Shown: positions 1 through 13,981 of the stretch, one piece after another
How the letters are laid out: every line of letters starts with the position of its first letter
Numbering within the stretch: position 1 is the stretch's first letter
Source: Azolla caroliniana
Lineage: Eukaryota > Plantae > Polypodiophyta
Length of the DNA: 64,000 nt
Assembly (NCBI GenBank): GCA_043228905.1
Contig: JBHGNT010000002.1
Coordinates: forward strand, 14,260,001 to 14,324,000
Direction: 5' to 3'
Made by a program: the position numbers and the translations under genes
Notes under the pieces: generated by a model
Database searches by the model: none
Told to the model about the DNA's origin: nothing
What the model saw: the letters and a program-made list of their open reading frames with translations, nothing else

Positions 1-123
1 ACATCATCCCCAAACCATCTGGACATCAATGGGACACAGTTATGTCATGAGCATCCATTTAATCACATTGATGCTGAAACAGAACAGGAAATACAAAGGG
101 CGGACAATCGTAATGGTCCCTCG

Positions 124-1823
124 ATGCATGCAATGGGAGCCTTTGTTCTCTCCCCGAAAGAAGAATGCCTTATGGAGAGTGAATTAACACGTCTTAAACA
201 TGAATCCGTTGTGGTAAAAGTGGTGGGTAGTCGACCCAATAGAGTAATGTTGCGTGATTGGCTGCAAAGCTGTCTACAAGAAGACCTTGGCAGATTGAAG
301 GACATTGCATTTATGGGAAAGGGGTTCTACCATGTTACAGTGATGCCGGAAACGAATATATGCAAAATTGTCGAGAGCAGCCTACTGATGTGGCACAATG
401 CAAGAGCCTATGTATTCAATTGGGATGCAAACTTTGACATGTGTAAAGCGGATGCTTGTATAGGCAATCCTACAATGGTAATGGCCTTTTTCCCTGGTTT
501 ACCTAAGCAATGGGTATCCTTTCTCCCGGCCATTGCCAAAAGTATGGGAGGGCAATGCCTGGAAAAAACTCTTGCAGAGAGAATAAGTGAAATACCAAGG
601 ATCAAACTAATTGTTTCGGATGTAAAGACCTTACTGCAATTGATGTTGTTGAGCAGTAAACAAATGGTTGACCATGTACAAACGGTGGAGTATGCGGGAC
701 TCCTAGGGCAATGCTTTGCATGTAGACAGATGGGGCATATGGCCCGAGAATGCCCTAGAGGAAAGGAGAACATGCATCATGGAAATGGGAAGCAAGGACG
801 GAAAAGCAAAACAAGCCTGATGCAACAGAATACTCAACAAATAAACCATGCAATGAGTAAGAATAAAGATGGATGGAAATATAACACCTATAAAGGCAAA
901 CAAAAAGTCATGGTCGGACAAGAATGGCTCCCATTGAGAAACAAATACGCACTCTTAACCTTAGAGGACAATGAAAACAAACCTAATGAAAGGGAAGCAA
1001 GAATGAAGGCAACTCATGAGAGCAATAATGTGGAAGCAATTAATGATATGGAGAAACTACACCAGGAAGACAACTTGGTAGGGGATAATATTGGCCAGAT
1101 GCTTCATGAAAGTATGGATGAGGTAGGAGAAGTAAATGTAGGAAAGGTCATAAGCCCCTTGAAAGAGCAAGCTAAAAAACCCATTATATTAAGGGGATAA
1201 CAAAAATGAAAAGGCACATGCGTGCTAGAAAAGAGGAGGTGAAGGGAATGGAAAAAAATAAAGGGATGCACAAATGACCAAGAGTGAACTGGAATCTTCA
1301 ATACAAGGCGCCCCCCCTCTCGAATACTAGACAATAGATCAAACTGAAACTAACATGCAAAAAGTGGTTCGAGGGAATATGTGGAAGTGAGATGAAGAAG
1401 GACAACATATGTAGAGTCAATATATATGGTAAATGTCCTATATTTTGGCCATATATCGTTGGTCTGTCCTATATTTTGGCCATGGAAAATAAGGAACCAC
1501 ATAGCAGAGAAGAAGCACTTGGATGTTTGGAACAACAAATGGATGTTCATGTAGACTCATCGTATGGTACCGCAATAGGGATGAAAATGAAAAGACAATG
1601 GAAAGATGCCTTGATTTGGAGTTCGGGCAAGGCGAATGAACAAGGCATATGCTACATAAATGTGAAATTTAGGAAGCTTCCTAAAGTGTTCATGGAATTC
1701 ATGGTATACATCCTTGAAATGTTGACATAACTGGAAGAGGAAAATCACCAAGATAGGATATTAGCTACCATATTGGAAGCGGATAATGCATTGGCTGGGC
1801 CTCAAAAGGTGCAAGATATATGA
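124..1823 (+). pseudogene. LINE ORF1 (DUF4283/RRM-like region + zinc knuckle), interrupted
   Basis: ORF 124-1200 has FMGKGFYHVT and CFACRQMGHMAREC (CX2CX4HX4C). A further frame 1392-1823 with one internal TAA ends at the ORF2 start. Confidence 0.75.
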
Positions 1824-4640
1824 ATCTTAACTTGCTAACTTGGAATATACAAGGAATTGGTGGCACCCAATTCCAGATGAAAAAGAATGTATTGGCTGCT
1901 GAAATCCAGCGTTGCACTGAGGCAATGGTGCCTGATATTATCTTGGTGCAAGAGCACCATCTAGATGAGGATAAGATCGATAAAATTGGAAGCATTTACC
2001 TTGGGAACTGGACCAATACATGGTCAATAGCTACGGGGGATAGGCAAATTCAGGGGGGAGTACTTATAGCTATGAAAGTTAAGTTTACTGTTGATTGTAC
2101 AAGCAGGGGGAGTTTAACAGAGGGCCGTGCTGTCTACATAAGGATAAAACATAATTGTGGGCACTTGGGCATACTGAACATATATGCCCCAAATTCTGCT
2201 GTTGAAAGACGATAATTCTGGTTGCAATTAGTGGCCATGAAGCCAAATGCTGAGTTGTGGATAATTGGAGGAGACTTTAATATGGTGGAGCATCCAGAAG
2301 ATAGAAGAGGCAATGCAAATGGCACAGCGCAGGGGGCGGAGAAGTATGCATGGGATAAGTTTTGTTTAGCATATAATGTGATAGATTGTTGGAATGCACC
2401 TAACTTTCATATACAAAAAGAAAAATCTCTTCGATACTCTAGAGTAGGAGGAAGTGTGCATGGGCGGACAATGTCCAGGTTGGACAGATGGTATTTGGAC
2501 CCTTGACTCATGGATAGGAAAGGCAAATGCATTATTTGTCCGGGCACAATGTTCTCTGATCATGCCCCAGTTCTGTTGCACATACAAGAAAACAATTGAT
2601 ACAAGCCACATAATGTAAAGGTGTGCAAGGAATTGGTTATGGATACTAAATGGACCGATGATATACGGAAAATATGGTCTAATATCAAATGGAGGTACCT
2701 TGACCTTGCTCATAGGCTGGCTGGGAAACTTGAGGCATGTGCAGGTTTTTTTCAACATAAAGCGATTGAAATTAGAAAAGAGATAAGGGAGAAAATGTAG
2801 AGACTGCAATGGTCACTCGCTTCTATGCAACGACTAAGAGGATTGTACCCACATAATGTATGGATTGAGGCTCGACTAGAGGAGGCCAAAAGCAAATTAG
2901 AGATGTACCAAAAACTTAGGAGTACTTATGCCTATCGAAGTAAGGCAGCAAGCTGGATGAGGGTAGGAGATCGGGTTACTAAAGGATTTTTTGAAGCTGT
3001 TAAATGCAAATGATCCAGGATTCAACCTTCATGCTTAGAAAAGATAGATGGCACAATGACCACATGCAAAGAGGAAATGCTTGAAATAGCCACAAGCTAT
3101 TATACTCAACTACTAAGTGTATGCAATGAGGAACTGATTGATCAGGTTGCCTTCAGAAATATAATAAATAGGATACCAAGGAAAGTTACAATTCAGATGA
3201 TGGACCGACTAAATACCCCTATAGGTATGCAGGAATTGTGGGATGCTGTTGGGGATATGAACAAACAAAGTTGTGCAAGAATTGATGGACTTCCTATATA
3301 CTTTTACATCCAATATTGGGATCTAATTAAGGATGACATGCTGGCAGGGATGCAATACATTATGGTAGAAGGATTAATGCCCACAAAAATGTGTAGAGGC
3401 ATGATTTATTTAATACCCAAGGTTGGTAAAAACCTAACAACGCTTGATAATTGGCGCCCATTGACGATTCTCACCAATGCATATAAGATAATGGCCAAAG
3501 TTGTAAGTAAGAGATTGAAAATGGTTCTTGGGGACATTATACATACAACGCAAATTGGCTTCCTAGAAAACCGGAGCATTGTTGACAATGTGATAACATT
3601 TTGGGAATACTCAGCATGGGTGGAGGAACAAGAAGTGGACCTAGCAGTAATGCTACTCGACTTTGAAAAAGCTTATGACAGGATTTCATGGGATTTCCTA
3701 GAAGCAGTGATGGCAACCCTAGGCTTTGAACAACAATGGATCCTTGGAATGAGTGCCTTTAACAGAGACGCATCCAACCAGGTGTTAATGGCTGGAAGTA
3801 TGGGGAAGAGTTTTAAGATGCTATGTTCGGTACGCCAAGGATGCCCTTTGGCCCTCTACTTATACATCATTGCAACAGAAGCTTTGCATTATTAAATTCC
3901 TGATAGATCTTGGCAAATACAAGGCCTTACCTTGCCCGATGATAAAGGTATGGTGCTTGATACGACATATGCTGATGACACAATGACCTATGTCAAAGGT
4001 GATGCACACAACTTGGGCAAATTGCAAAATGCAAAATTGATGAGTTTTGTAGGGGAACGGATGCTAAAATAAATTGGAATAAATCTGTGGGCATTTGGAT
4101 CAGTAATAAGCCCATGTTAAATTGGGTCCCCGACCCAAATTTTAGATGGTTGAGGAAAGGAGAAGCTACTAGATACTTGGGCTTCAAAATTGGTATGGAC
4201 ATCGATGGAGCAAAACATTACAATCTACTAGTGGACAAAATAAAAACGAAGTTAATATGGTGGAATGCAAGAAAACTATCATTTACGGGCAAGATTGTGA
4301 TTGCAAATCAGATTCTAATGGCCACTATTTGGCATACTACTGCATGCTGGATAATCGTGCCCAAGTCGATGAAATTGATAAAAATGATTATCAGAAATTT
4401 CTTATGGGGGGGCACGGAGGAAAAACAGGCTTGTGCAAAGGTTGCTTGGACCATGCTTTTAAAAAGGAAAAGTGAATGGGGGGTGGTATTGGTAGATCCC
4501 GTGGTGCAAACGAAGGCCTTGCTAGGCAAACTAGTGGTCAGGAGCCTACAACCTCCTGAGGCACCTTGGAAAGTTCTATGGCGACGTAGATGGAAGATGT
4601 GGTTGCCAAGACAAGGTGGACGATGGCCAAGTCCTCCATT
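1820..4640 (+). pseudogene. LINE ORF2 (endonuclease + reverse transcriptase), interrupted
   Basis: Endonuclease motifs LLTWNIQG, LVQEHH, LNIYAPN, IGGDFN, SRLDRWY, SDHAP. RT motifs NWRPLTIL, LLDFEKAYDRISW, VRQGCPL, YADD (about 3968-3979), YLG. Confidence 0.9.
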
Positions 4641-5639
4641 TACTACATCTAGAAACTCATACTTTGAGATAGTGATTCCGACCACTAAATGAGAAGTTGG
4701 AACATTCTCCGTGACACAGTTGACCGATTTGATGGGTGGGATCTCTCCACTATTCAGAGATATTCAAAGCAGGAACACAAATGAGCAGTATATCTAGAGC
4801 AAGCGAATTAGTCAGCTTCGCACGAGTGGTAATGACAAATGCCCACTAGGCCCTCCAAGACTTTGAAAAACGTTTAGGGAGTTGTTGGAACTTGGAAAAT
4901 TCATACTCGATTGCTAAAGATAGAACTAATGATTAAGAAAATAACATATATATTTTTTTTAAAAAGAGAAAAAGAAGAAGAAAACATATAATTAAGGAAA
5001 GAAATGGGTTCAAATAATACAAAGAACCAATTTTGAACTCAACACCCTTCTTCCTTGCATGAATGTAAATATTGATCACTAAGATAACTATTCCATATAT
5101 TAAAATACTTATGTTATATCTTAAGATACTAAGTGGAAACACAAAGGGTCAATTGCAACAAAAAAAATACTATTTTGGAAATAGCCTTGTCAAGATCTAT
5201 AAAAGAGAGAGGAAAGCTCATTGTTCTAGGGTTAATTTTGGATCAAAGAGGAAACATTACTGAAATCCCAAATAAGCTTGGACTAGTGAATCAAGAGAGC
5301 GTTAGAGATCACCAATGGCAAGAGGCGATGAAGCCGTTTCCCTGGTCCTCTAAACCAAAACTCGAGGATATCCCTGCAAAGCTTTACAACAAATTCTATA
5401 TCTATAAATTATTTATCTATCTACCTCTTCTAGGACACTCCATGTAACAAAGTCAAAATAATGTCAATGTATATGGTTCAGATTAATCATTTGATGTATT
5501 TTATTTTTTAATACCCATCTAAAATTAAATTATGTAATCTATTTTTTAAATTCAATTAAATAATACCCTTCAACTTGTGCAGTTAAACTTCTTCCTTTGA
5601 TTCGATTACCTCGTTCTCTCTAGATTGTTGTAGACCCAT

Positions 5640-5970
5640 TTCTCCTTTAACTGCTCTGAAACGATAATCTTGGAGTTGCTAGGTAAGGCAATCAACAATG
5701 ATCACCTTGGTTTCAATCTTTCAGACCGAGCTTCTTGTCGGTGATGAGCCCCTGAATATGATGATACCTTACCTCTATATGCTTTATCTTGCATGGTAAA
5801 CTAGATTTCCCATGAGGTGTATTCCGCTCTGTGATTCACAATGCAAGGTAAGAGTGATGTTGACGATTTGGTTCTTGGCCGAACTGTCGGCCGTCAGTCG
5901 TGGCAGCTAGATAGATTCTTTTGCTACTTTAGACGTGGCTATGTATTCGACCTCTATTGTGGAGAGTGCT
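5640..5970 (-). pseudogene. Old copia RNase H fragment; host of the LTR at 5971
   Basis: Minus strand reads ALSTIEVEYIATSKVAKESI and, with frameshifts, VYHA..KHIEVRYHHIQ. Confidence 0.7.
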
Positions 5971-6423
5971 TGTAAAGAGTTTCTTATGCAGAACCTTATG
6001 AACAACACAGTCGGCTTAGCCACAATTAGGTAAACACAGAAAAGAAACAGAAAATACAGTAAGCGGGAGCAAGCGAGACAAAGGGAGAGAGAGCAGAAGA
6101 CAAAACTTAGATTCAAAATAATACGCTCTGTACATACAAGTGTGCTCAGAGAGCACTTTTATACAAACCTTGACAACAGGCTGGCACAAGTATCATCAGT
6201 ACTTGAATGCTCATAAAGAGTCTACGACATTAACTCCCTAAAATATTCCTAATGCGAAGACTAGGAATATAGGCTCGAACGACCTATTAGCCTTATCCTA
6301 GGCTGCCCCAACTGTCGGCTTATTCAACCGACTTCCTTCATCTGCTTTGGCTATTGGTTTCTTCAACCGACTGGCGGACCAATCTTTAAACGATCCGGCT
6401 CATGCTGAGCTTGTCTCTCAACA
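5971..6423 (-). repeat. 3' LTR of Bryco-like element 1
   Basis: TGTAAAG...CTCAACA termini, adjacent CTCCCCCTCAAGCTC (PPT on the minus strand), homologous to the other Bryco-like LTRs. Confidence 0.9.
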
Positions 6424-7200
6424 CTCCCCCTCAAGCTCAACTTGAGGTTCCTTCTGCTTTGTCGGTTCTTGATTCCGGCTTCTTCTGGCTTCACGCCTCC
6501 TTGCTCGTGCTCCACGACCTCTCCGGTCTCGCGCTCCTCGATCTGTTTGGTCGGCATGTTTGCTACTTCCCTTGCTGCTACGGTATAGGCGCCCCTCAAC
6601 CCTCAGCTCCTCCGCCTCCGTCAACTTTGGTTGCCCTCTCATCCACTTGACCTTTATACAATTCTCCTCATCTGAATTGCTCTTCTTGACTAAATCGGCT
6701 ATTTCCGATTCGTTCCCACTCTTGTCCGAATTGGCTGTCTCCAATTTATCCTCCTTAAGGCCCTTGAACACATTCGATCATGTCCTGCCCTCCATTCTTG
6801 GTTTGGTACCTGCCCAATTAGCATCCGGCCCAATCATCATCGGTGTAGCCAACCAACTATTCGGCTACACGTGCCTGATACAACAACCCATGATCCTTCG
6901 TGCTAGTCACATATCGCATGATCCGATGCACACACTGAAAGTGACTTGATGTTGGCTGCGACATAAATTGATTGATCAAGCCAACTGGATAATTGAGGTA
7001 TGGTCGGGTGATGGTCAGGTAGATGAGGCTTCCGACAATTTGTTGGAACCGTGTCGCGTTACATGTCGGTCCTAATCCATGACGAGGCTTGACATTCTTG
7101 TCAAGAGGAGTCGTGATGGATTTACAATCCATGATGCCGAACTTGAAGAGCATATTCAGCACATAATGGTGTTGGCTGATCAATATGCCTTCGGGGGTTC

Positions 7201-7636
7201 GGATAGAAGCGCAGAAGCATTATAATATAGTAAAGCGTTAAGAAACGCATTTAATGGTTCACACGGGAAGCATGAATGGCTAAAAGCCTTATGTATATAA
7301 AGGGCGGAAATCCTCTGTAAGAGGTAGCGTGTAATTTTCGTGCATAGAGCATTTTTCCTAATAGAATACTATCTTCTCTGATCTCTGTGCATATTTGTGG
7401 TTTTATCTGTTGCGTTCTTTGTTTCTCTATTGCGTACTGTTAATCGTAAGGGTGTAGGCGTCAGTGCGGATACTAGTGCACTTCCTAAGGAGTTTGGTTG
7501 TAGTTGTCTCCCTTATACGCTACTAGGATAGTATCCCATTACGATTTACGGTACAATGGTTCCATTCCTTGTAACACGGTCCCCTTGAGGTCTACGTCGA
7601 AGGACTGAGCGTAGACAGTGTTCCTAATCGGTAACA
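7201..7636 (+). repeat. 5' LTR of Gypsy A (5'-truncated)
   Basis: Near-identical to 35227-35669, ends CGGTAACA, TATA-like TATATAAAGGG near 7294. Confidence 0.88.
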
Positions 7637-7640
7637 CGTT

Positions 7641-7655
7641 TGGTACGCTTGGTGG
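7641..7655 (+). promoter_or_regulatory. Primer-binding site, tRNA-Arg-like
   Basis: TGGTACGCTTGGTGG lies 4 nt after the LTR. It is two C>T changes from TGGCACGCCTGGTGG, the complement of a plant tRNA-Arg 3' end as I recall it. Confidence 0.55.
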
Positions 7656-7915
7656 TTTGTGTCTTCTCGCAGACGAACAACGACGAATGGATGTTTAGCC
7701 ATAGACGACCTAGAGAACCGACACGACAAGACCGACCAATGACAAGGCCCATCACATGCCAGACAGAGGAACGTGCAAGGCAAAAGCCTCGCCTCAGTGA
7801 TATCCGTACGGACCACAAAGTCGACTTCCCGCTCACCAAACACTGCGGCGACACGTAGGAAGTTCCGTAACCACACAAATACTGTGGTCTTCCCCTGCCC
7901 GCCGTAGCATCCAGA

Positions 7916-10900
7916 ATGGCCTTCTCCTATCCCCGCTTCAACGACGAAACAGACGCCACAACTCACATTTTCCTGTTCCTGAATGTTTGGAATGCGAATC
8001 ACATGGCGCTGCGACTTCCAGAAGAGGAAGCGCACCAGTCCAAAATGACAGAATTTGGATTAACTCTGGATGGTAGAGCTTCGTTTTGGCATTCGCAGAT
8101 GGATCTGCCAGCAATCACGACCTTTGACCAGCTGCAGTCGGCCTTTCTGCGTTTCTTTCATCGGAGGGTGCCGCAACGCGAAATCATCGGGAAGTTCTAT
8201 ACAATCAAACAGTTGCCAGCCGAGTCTGTCGCGGACTTTAGTTTATGCTTCCAAAATCTGCAATGGAAATTAGAACGGGGGCCGATAGATGACGAGGCTC
8301 GGCAGACATTTCTGGCAGCCTTACGACGACCTATACGAACAATGCTCAACAACAATAGCCTGATATGGTCATAGAATGGGCATTACTGCTCGAGCTGGAT
8401 TAAGAAGAGGAAGGGTTTTCCATGTCCTCATTACGACAAGCGTTACCTTAGGACGAGGAACGACATTTTCGTCAGGCAATCTAGTGCACAATTTGCCTCA
8501 ATTCCCGGCATTCCGCGGTGGAATGCAACATGCGAATCCACTACCCAATCTGTCACTCGAAAGCACACACAGTTGAGCAATGTGAATAAAATATGTTGAA
8601 CAAACCTACACCCACAGTACGAAGCGTAGAAACACAACGACCACCTCGCCAAAATGATCAAAGGCGCCAAGAAGAATGACCCCGGTATACAGATCGGAAT
8701 CCACGCGACGATCGGCACTACCGGAATTGCCGGAATAACAACGATTCTGAGGAAGAAGAGCTGAAGGATGAAGACAACCAGGGAAACCACAAATATAATA
8801 AAGGAGGACGTCGTTACAAAACCTACCGTTCGGCGAACAAACGTGGTGGCTTCAATGGGCCTCACGGGAAACATCGACAATATAGGGACCAATGGCGTTA
8901 CGATGAAAGTTCGAAAGATGACCGGCACTAGGAGCAGCGCAGGGACCAACAACAACCACTGCAGAATTTCAGAAGAATAAAACAAGACCAGGAGGAGCAA
9001 GCCACACCTGGGGATAGGAACATGCCACCGGCTGCTGAGAAAGGTGAATTCAGCGTCCATTGTTTCGTTTGCCAACAACGCAGACATTATGCTACTCAAT
9101 GTCCACTAAGCAAGGGCAAGGGCAAGGGCAAGGGCCCTGCCGTCAATACGATTATGGAGGAAGTTCAGCAAGTTACGACAAGGTAGCAAGCAAAAAATGT
9201 TGATTGGGCTGCACAAGATGAGATACGTAAGACGGCCCAAGCATGGGTCGAAAAAGCAAACGTGGCCAATACGGAGCGCATGCGGTAGGAGTCCGCAAAC
9301 AGTGTTGGGCCATTGGCAGGCTGTGAAATAACACTGACCATGGAGAAACTACTTCAATTAGTTCCATGGTTCCACCAAGCCGTAGACGATCGCATAACGG
9401 GCAGACCTGGGTAAGCGTCTCCACCAATTTTACGGCAACTAGCGACGGACCAATGGTGGTGGATCACCACAATCCAACTATTATGTTGGTATTACATGGT
9501 CAAGAAATCACAGGATGTGTAATTAATGCAAAGACATGCAAACAATTAGGGATTTCAGAATGGGAAGCTTGCCTGTTTTGGCTTCGCATGGCGGATAACC
9601 GCTCAGTTAGGCCTTTAGGCTTAATCCGAAAATTAGGCATCATCATTGGCGGACATCGCTTCGACATCTTAGTGGTAGTCCTCGCCCTCGACGCTCTAGG
9701 AGCGTATCCAATGCTGCTTGGCAAATCTTGGCTTCGTTCGGCGAATATCAAACAGAGTTGGCAACATAAGTGCATCAGTTTTTGACGAGGACGCACCAAG
9801 GTTCGCGTACCCACATAGGAAATGACGGCACAACCCAAGGGGATAACACCATTATACGCAGAAGATATAAATATGCTGGATGGGGTGGATGATACTGAGT
9901 TGGAAGCATACCTAGGCGAGCACCCCCGAATCATTCCGCTATTTGAAATCGACGTAATAGTAACCCCAGCTGATTACGCTACGCCTACTTCGCTTCACGA
10001 AGAGGCTTATGAACCAGAGCCAGAGTTGATAATGGAATTAAGCAGAGCATGGATGGCATTTGAGAAGGAAATGGAAATTTCACGACGAGTCACTGCCTCA
10101 GTCCTAGAAGAAGTTTAACGTAGGAACGACATCAGACCCCCGACTCCTCTCCATCGCAAAAGAGTTACTACCGAATCAGAGAGAGGCGATGATAGCACTA
10201 CTCAAGGAGTATAAAGATGTGTTTGCTTGGTCCCATGAGGACATGAAGGGATTAGATCCGAAGTTTTATCAACATAAGATCAATTTAGCAAACAATGCGA
10301 AACCAGTCTAGCAACGTCGATACTGCATGAAACCGAATTATGCGGCTTGCGTAAAAGAGGAAATTGACAAACTTCTCAAGGCGGGATTCATTCGACCAGT
10401 CAAGCAAGCTACATGGCTAAGCCCGATAGTAGTCGTACCAAAGAAAAATGGCAAAATACGAGTGTGCATGGACTACCAGAAATTGAACGCCGTAATTATT
10501 ACAGATGCGTTCCCTTTACCTTTCACCAATAGCGTACTGGATGCAGTCGCAGGGCATGACATGTACAACTTTCTAGACAGCTTCAATGGGTACAATCAAG
10601 TACACATGCACCCCGACGACCAAACAAAGACGACGTTTGTCACGGACTAGGGAGTTTATGTCGCAGTTGTCATGATGTTCGGGCTAAAGACGGCGCCGGC
10701 TACATTTCAGCGGACAATCACGGAGATTTTTGGGGAATATATACCCGCCTTCATGCAAGTATTTTTAGACGATTTTGCAGTGTATGGGACAGCAACCGAA
10801 CATTTTATGCATCTACGGCTTTGCTTGGAGTGTTGCCGAACTTCACGCTTAAGCCTAAATCCCACCAAATGCGCCTTCGGCGTCACCAATGGAGCCCTCC

Positions 10901-12960
10901 TCGGCCACATAGTCAGTAAGGAGGGGATAGTTGTAGATCCAAACAAAATCTCCACGATTACTCATGCAAAAACACCAACAAATGCCAAACCACTCAACCG
11001 GTTTCTAGGACAAATATGATGGCACAGTCGGATGATACGCTATTTGGCGGATTTCGCCACATCATTACATGCCGTTGTCCACCATACGCCTTTCAAATGG
11101 ACAGCAACAGAAGAAAAGGCGTATGATGCGCTAAAAATAATGCTAACGCAGGCACCGGTCGTACAGCCAACAGATTGGGCGAAACCATGTCACGTGTTCG
11201 TGGATGCCTTGGATATAGCAATAGGTAGTGCGTTGATGCAGCTCACGGAGCCGAATTGGTACAGACCAGTGTACTACGCCAGTCAGAAACTATCAACGGT
11301 TGAGCGTAACTATTCCACAATGGAATGTGAAGCGTTGGGAATGATATACAACATCAATATATTCCGGCATTATCTGCTAGGGCGAAAATTCACATTTCAC
11401 GTAGATCATACGACATTGCTATATTTGGTGGGGAAACAGGCACTGACAAGAAAGTTGGCTAGATGGATGTTGTTGCTCCAAGAATTCAACTTTGTAATTC
11501 AACATCGACCAGGTACACAACACGCGGTGGCGGATTTCTTGAGCAGATTAGATAATGGAGAAATGGCGCAAAAGGATGACGACAACTTTCCGGATGCAGA
11601 CATTCTACGAATAGCAACTTTAGCAACAAGAACAGAAAAGACTTTTTCGGATCGGTGGTTGATGGAAATGACCTACTTTCTGACCACGGGGTTACCCCCA
11701 CCACAATTAAGGACGAACGAGAAAAAACGGCTAACCATCGTAATTTCTGTTTATTCGAAGACATCCTATATCACCAAGGCAGTGACGACATCTGGTGGCA
11801 CGGAATACGTCAGGATGAGAAGGCAGTGGTTTTATGTAAAGCTCACTGTGATACGACGGGAGGACATTACGCGGGTGATGTTATGGCTCGGAAAATTTGG
11901 CAAGCAGGACTTTGGTGGCCGACTACGCAAAAGGATGCATATGAGTATTGCAAACAGTGCGATTTATGTCAACGGATGGGCCAGCCCACGGAAGTCGTGA
12001 GAATGCCACATCAACCGGTGTTGCCGTTGGATCCTTTCCAAAACTGGGGGCTCGATTTTGTGGGGCCCTTTACACCGGCAGCTGCCTGAACCGGAAATAA
12101 GTATGTCCTGGTGGCCACGGATTACCGCACTAAGTGGGTAGAAGCAAAAGCACTACGCGAAAATACCGCGACAGTTACGACGAAATTTCTTCACGAACAT
12201 ATTTTGTGTCGTTTTGGCTGTCCTATTGAGCTCATCAGTGACCAAGAGAATCACTTTCTGAATACGGTCATTAGCGAACTGACCTAACACTACGTCGTGG
12301 TCCACAAAAAGAGTACGTTCTATTACCCACAGGCAAATGGCTTAGCCGAATCCACGAACAAAACATTGCAAATTATCCTAAAAAAGATAGTCAATGAGAA
12401 TAGAACAGACTGGGATACCAAATTGCACAGCGCGTTATGGCATATTGAACCAGCTATAAGACCAACATACAATCCATGCCTTTCCAGCTAGCATTTGGGC
12501 AAGAGGCCGTAATGCCAATCGAATTTCAGGTACCTAGTCTGCAGATTCAAGTACGAGACCGGCTGCCAGAGGACAAATCCGAGCAAATACTGCTACAACA
12601 GCTACTCGAACTATAGGCAAGACACGATTACGAAGCATGGTCATACTGGAACAAGAGCAGCGTCGGCGTAAAGCATTCGTGGACCGGCATCGAAATGCAC
12701 GTGAAAAGGATTTTGTGGTCGGCAAAGCTGTCTTAGTCTTTCAAACACGGATGGGACAAATGCCAAGAAAATTAAGATTCCGCTGGACGGGGCCATACTG
12801 GATAGTTGGTGCGGAAAATGACACGTTTCAACTAGGCACCCTAGCCGGAGAAGTGTTACGACAAAAAGTGAATGAGTTTCAACTAAAACCCTACCTAGGA
12901 CCAGTGCCTCCAAACCCGTTCTACGCCATAAACGACATGGCCGAAGAATCCATGGATTAA
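7916..12960 (+). pseudogene. Gypsy A gag-pol, degenerate
   Basis: Retrotrans_gag-like 7916-8374; CCHC knuckles; protease remnant (PMLLGKSWL); RT (WLSPIVVVPKKNGKIRVCMDYQKLN, FLDDF); RNase H (VFVDALDIAIG, HAVADFLSR); integrase (H..GGHY..CKQCDLCQ, WGLDFVGP, YYPQANGLAE, RWTGPY). Confidence 0.92.
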
Positions 12961-13870
12961 TTCATTAAAAGGGACCCACCTGTATTATAATGTAACAGTA
13001 ATATTGTATGTAACCGTTACAAGAAAAGAAAGAGAAAAAAAAAAAGAAGAAGAAGAAGAAGAGAAGATAGCGACGCTATTAAAAGGACTTGATGCATGCA
13101 CTAACTTCTAGAGCAAGAACACGCAGCACCATGATGGCTCACAGACCAATGAACCCTAGGCCACAAAAAGAAGAAAATAGAAGGTTTTCTGCACAATACA
13201 GAAACCAATCTTCAGCCTCTAACCCTCCTCACTCTCCTCACTCTCCTCACTCTCCTTCCTCTCCATCATACCACAGAGCCCACGTTTGCCATAGCCAGCA
13301 AACCTCACCCACTCCCCACGAGTCTCACCGACCTACGATGCCGACCACTATTTATACCGCCTTGTGTAGATGGCTCGTCAAAAAGCAACTGGATGGATAC
13401 ATCAAAGTCGTTGAGGCACTGACTCACCTTGAAGCCCTGGACATTGCTAGGAAACTCAATATAGACACGGTCACCAACGCATCCATCCAGAAGAAGCTTG
13501 ACTTGTCATCGCTTGGAGAAAGACATTTCGACATACCTCCTACGGAAACCTTGCAGATATATTTCGGGGCATATTCAGCTTCCGCCAAAGCATAAAGGAT
13601 GAAGGAAATCCTCGACCCCTTCTTTCGCGAAATAGCCAAGTTCTTGTTGGAGGTAGGATGTGTGCATGTAAATGCCTATGGGATGCCAAAGTAGAAGGCA
13701 TACATCATCATTGATACCTTCGAAGGGCGCGCGGTCGATTGGGGGGTAATTACGGAACCAACGTTACGGGAAGGCCTGCACGCGTATGAAGGCAGAAAAA
13801 AGCTGTAAAAGATTGTTTGCAAAAGCGTTAGAAAGAACAATACACAAAGAGAGAGAGAGAGAGAGTACGT

Positions 13871-13944
13871 TGTCGCGTTGTTACGCGCGTGCGTGGAGAA
13901 CAAGGCGGGAGCACTGGGGTCTTGGACCGAGGAATAGGTGAGAA

Positions 13945-13981
<37 letters not shown>

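Larger units (their letters stand above)
124..4640 (+). mobile_element. Degenerate L1-clade LINE (non-LTR retrotransposon), 3' truncated
   Basis: ORF1-like region with a CCHC knuckle, followed by an APE endonuclease and LINE-type RT motifs in collinear order. Multiple stops and frameshifts; no poly(A) tail seen. Confidence 0.9.

Noticed and set aside
4640-5640. Possible host gene fragment in the AT-rich interval (ORF 5133-5447)
   Set aside because: No convincing start, splice pattern or domain. DHQWQEAM faintly resembles a copia INT-RT linker, but the match is too weak to call.
12985-13070. TGTAAC...CCGTTACAAG motif resembling the 54920 solo-LTR motif, followed by a purine run
   Set aside because: The match is short and in AT-rich spacer sequence, with no TSD or extended homology.
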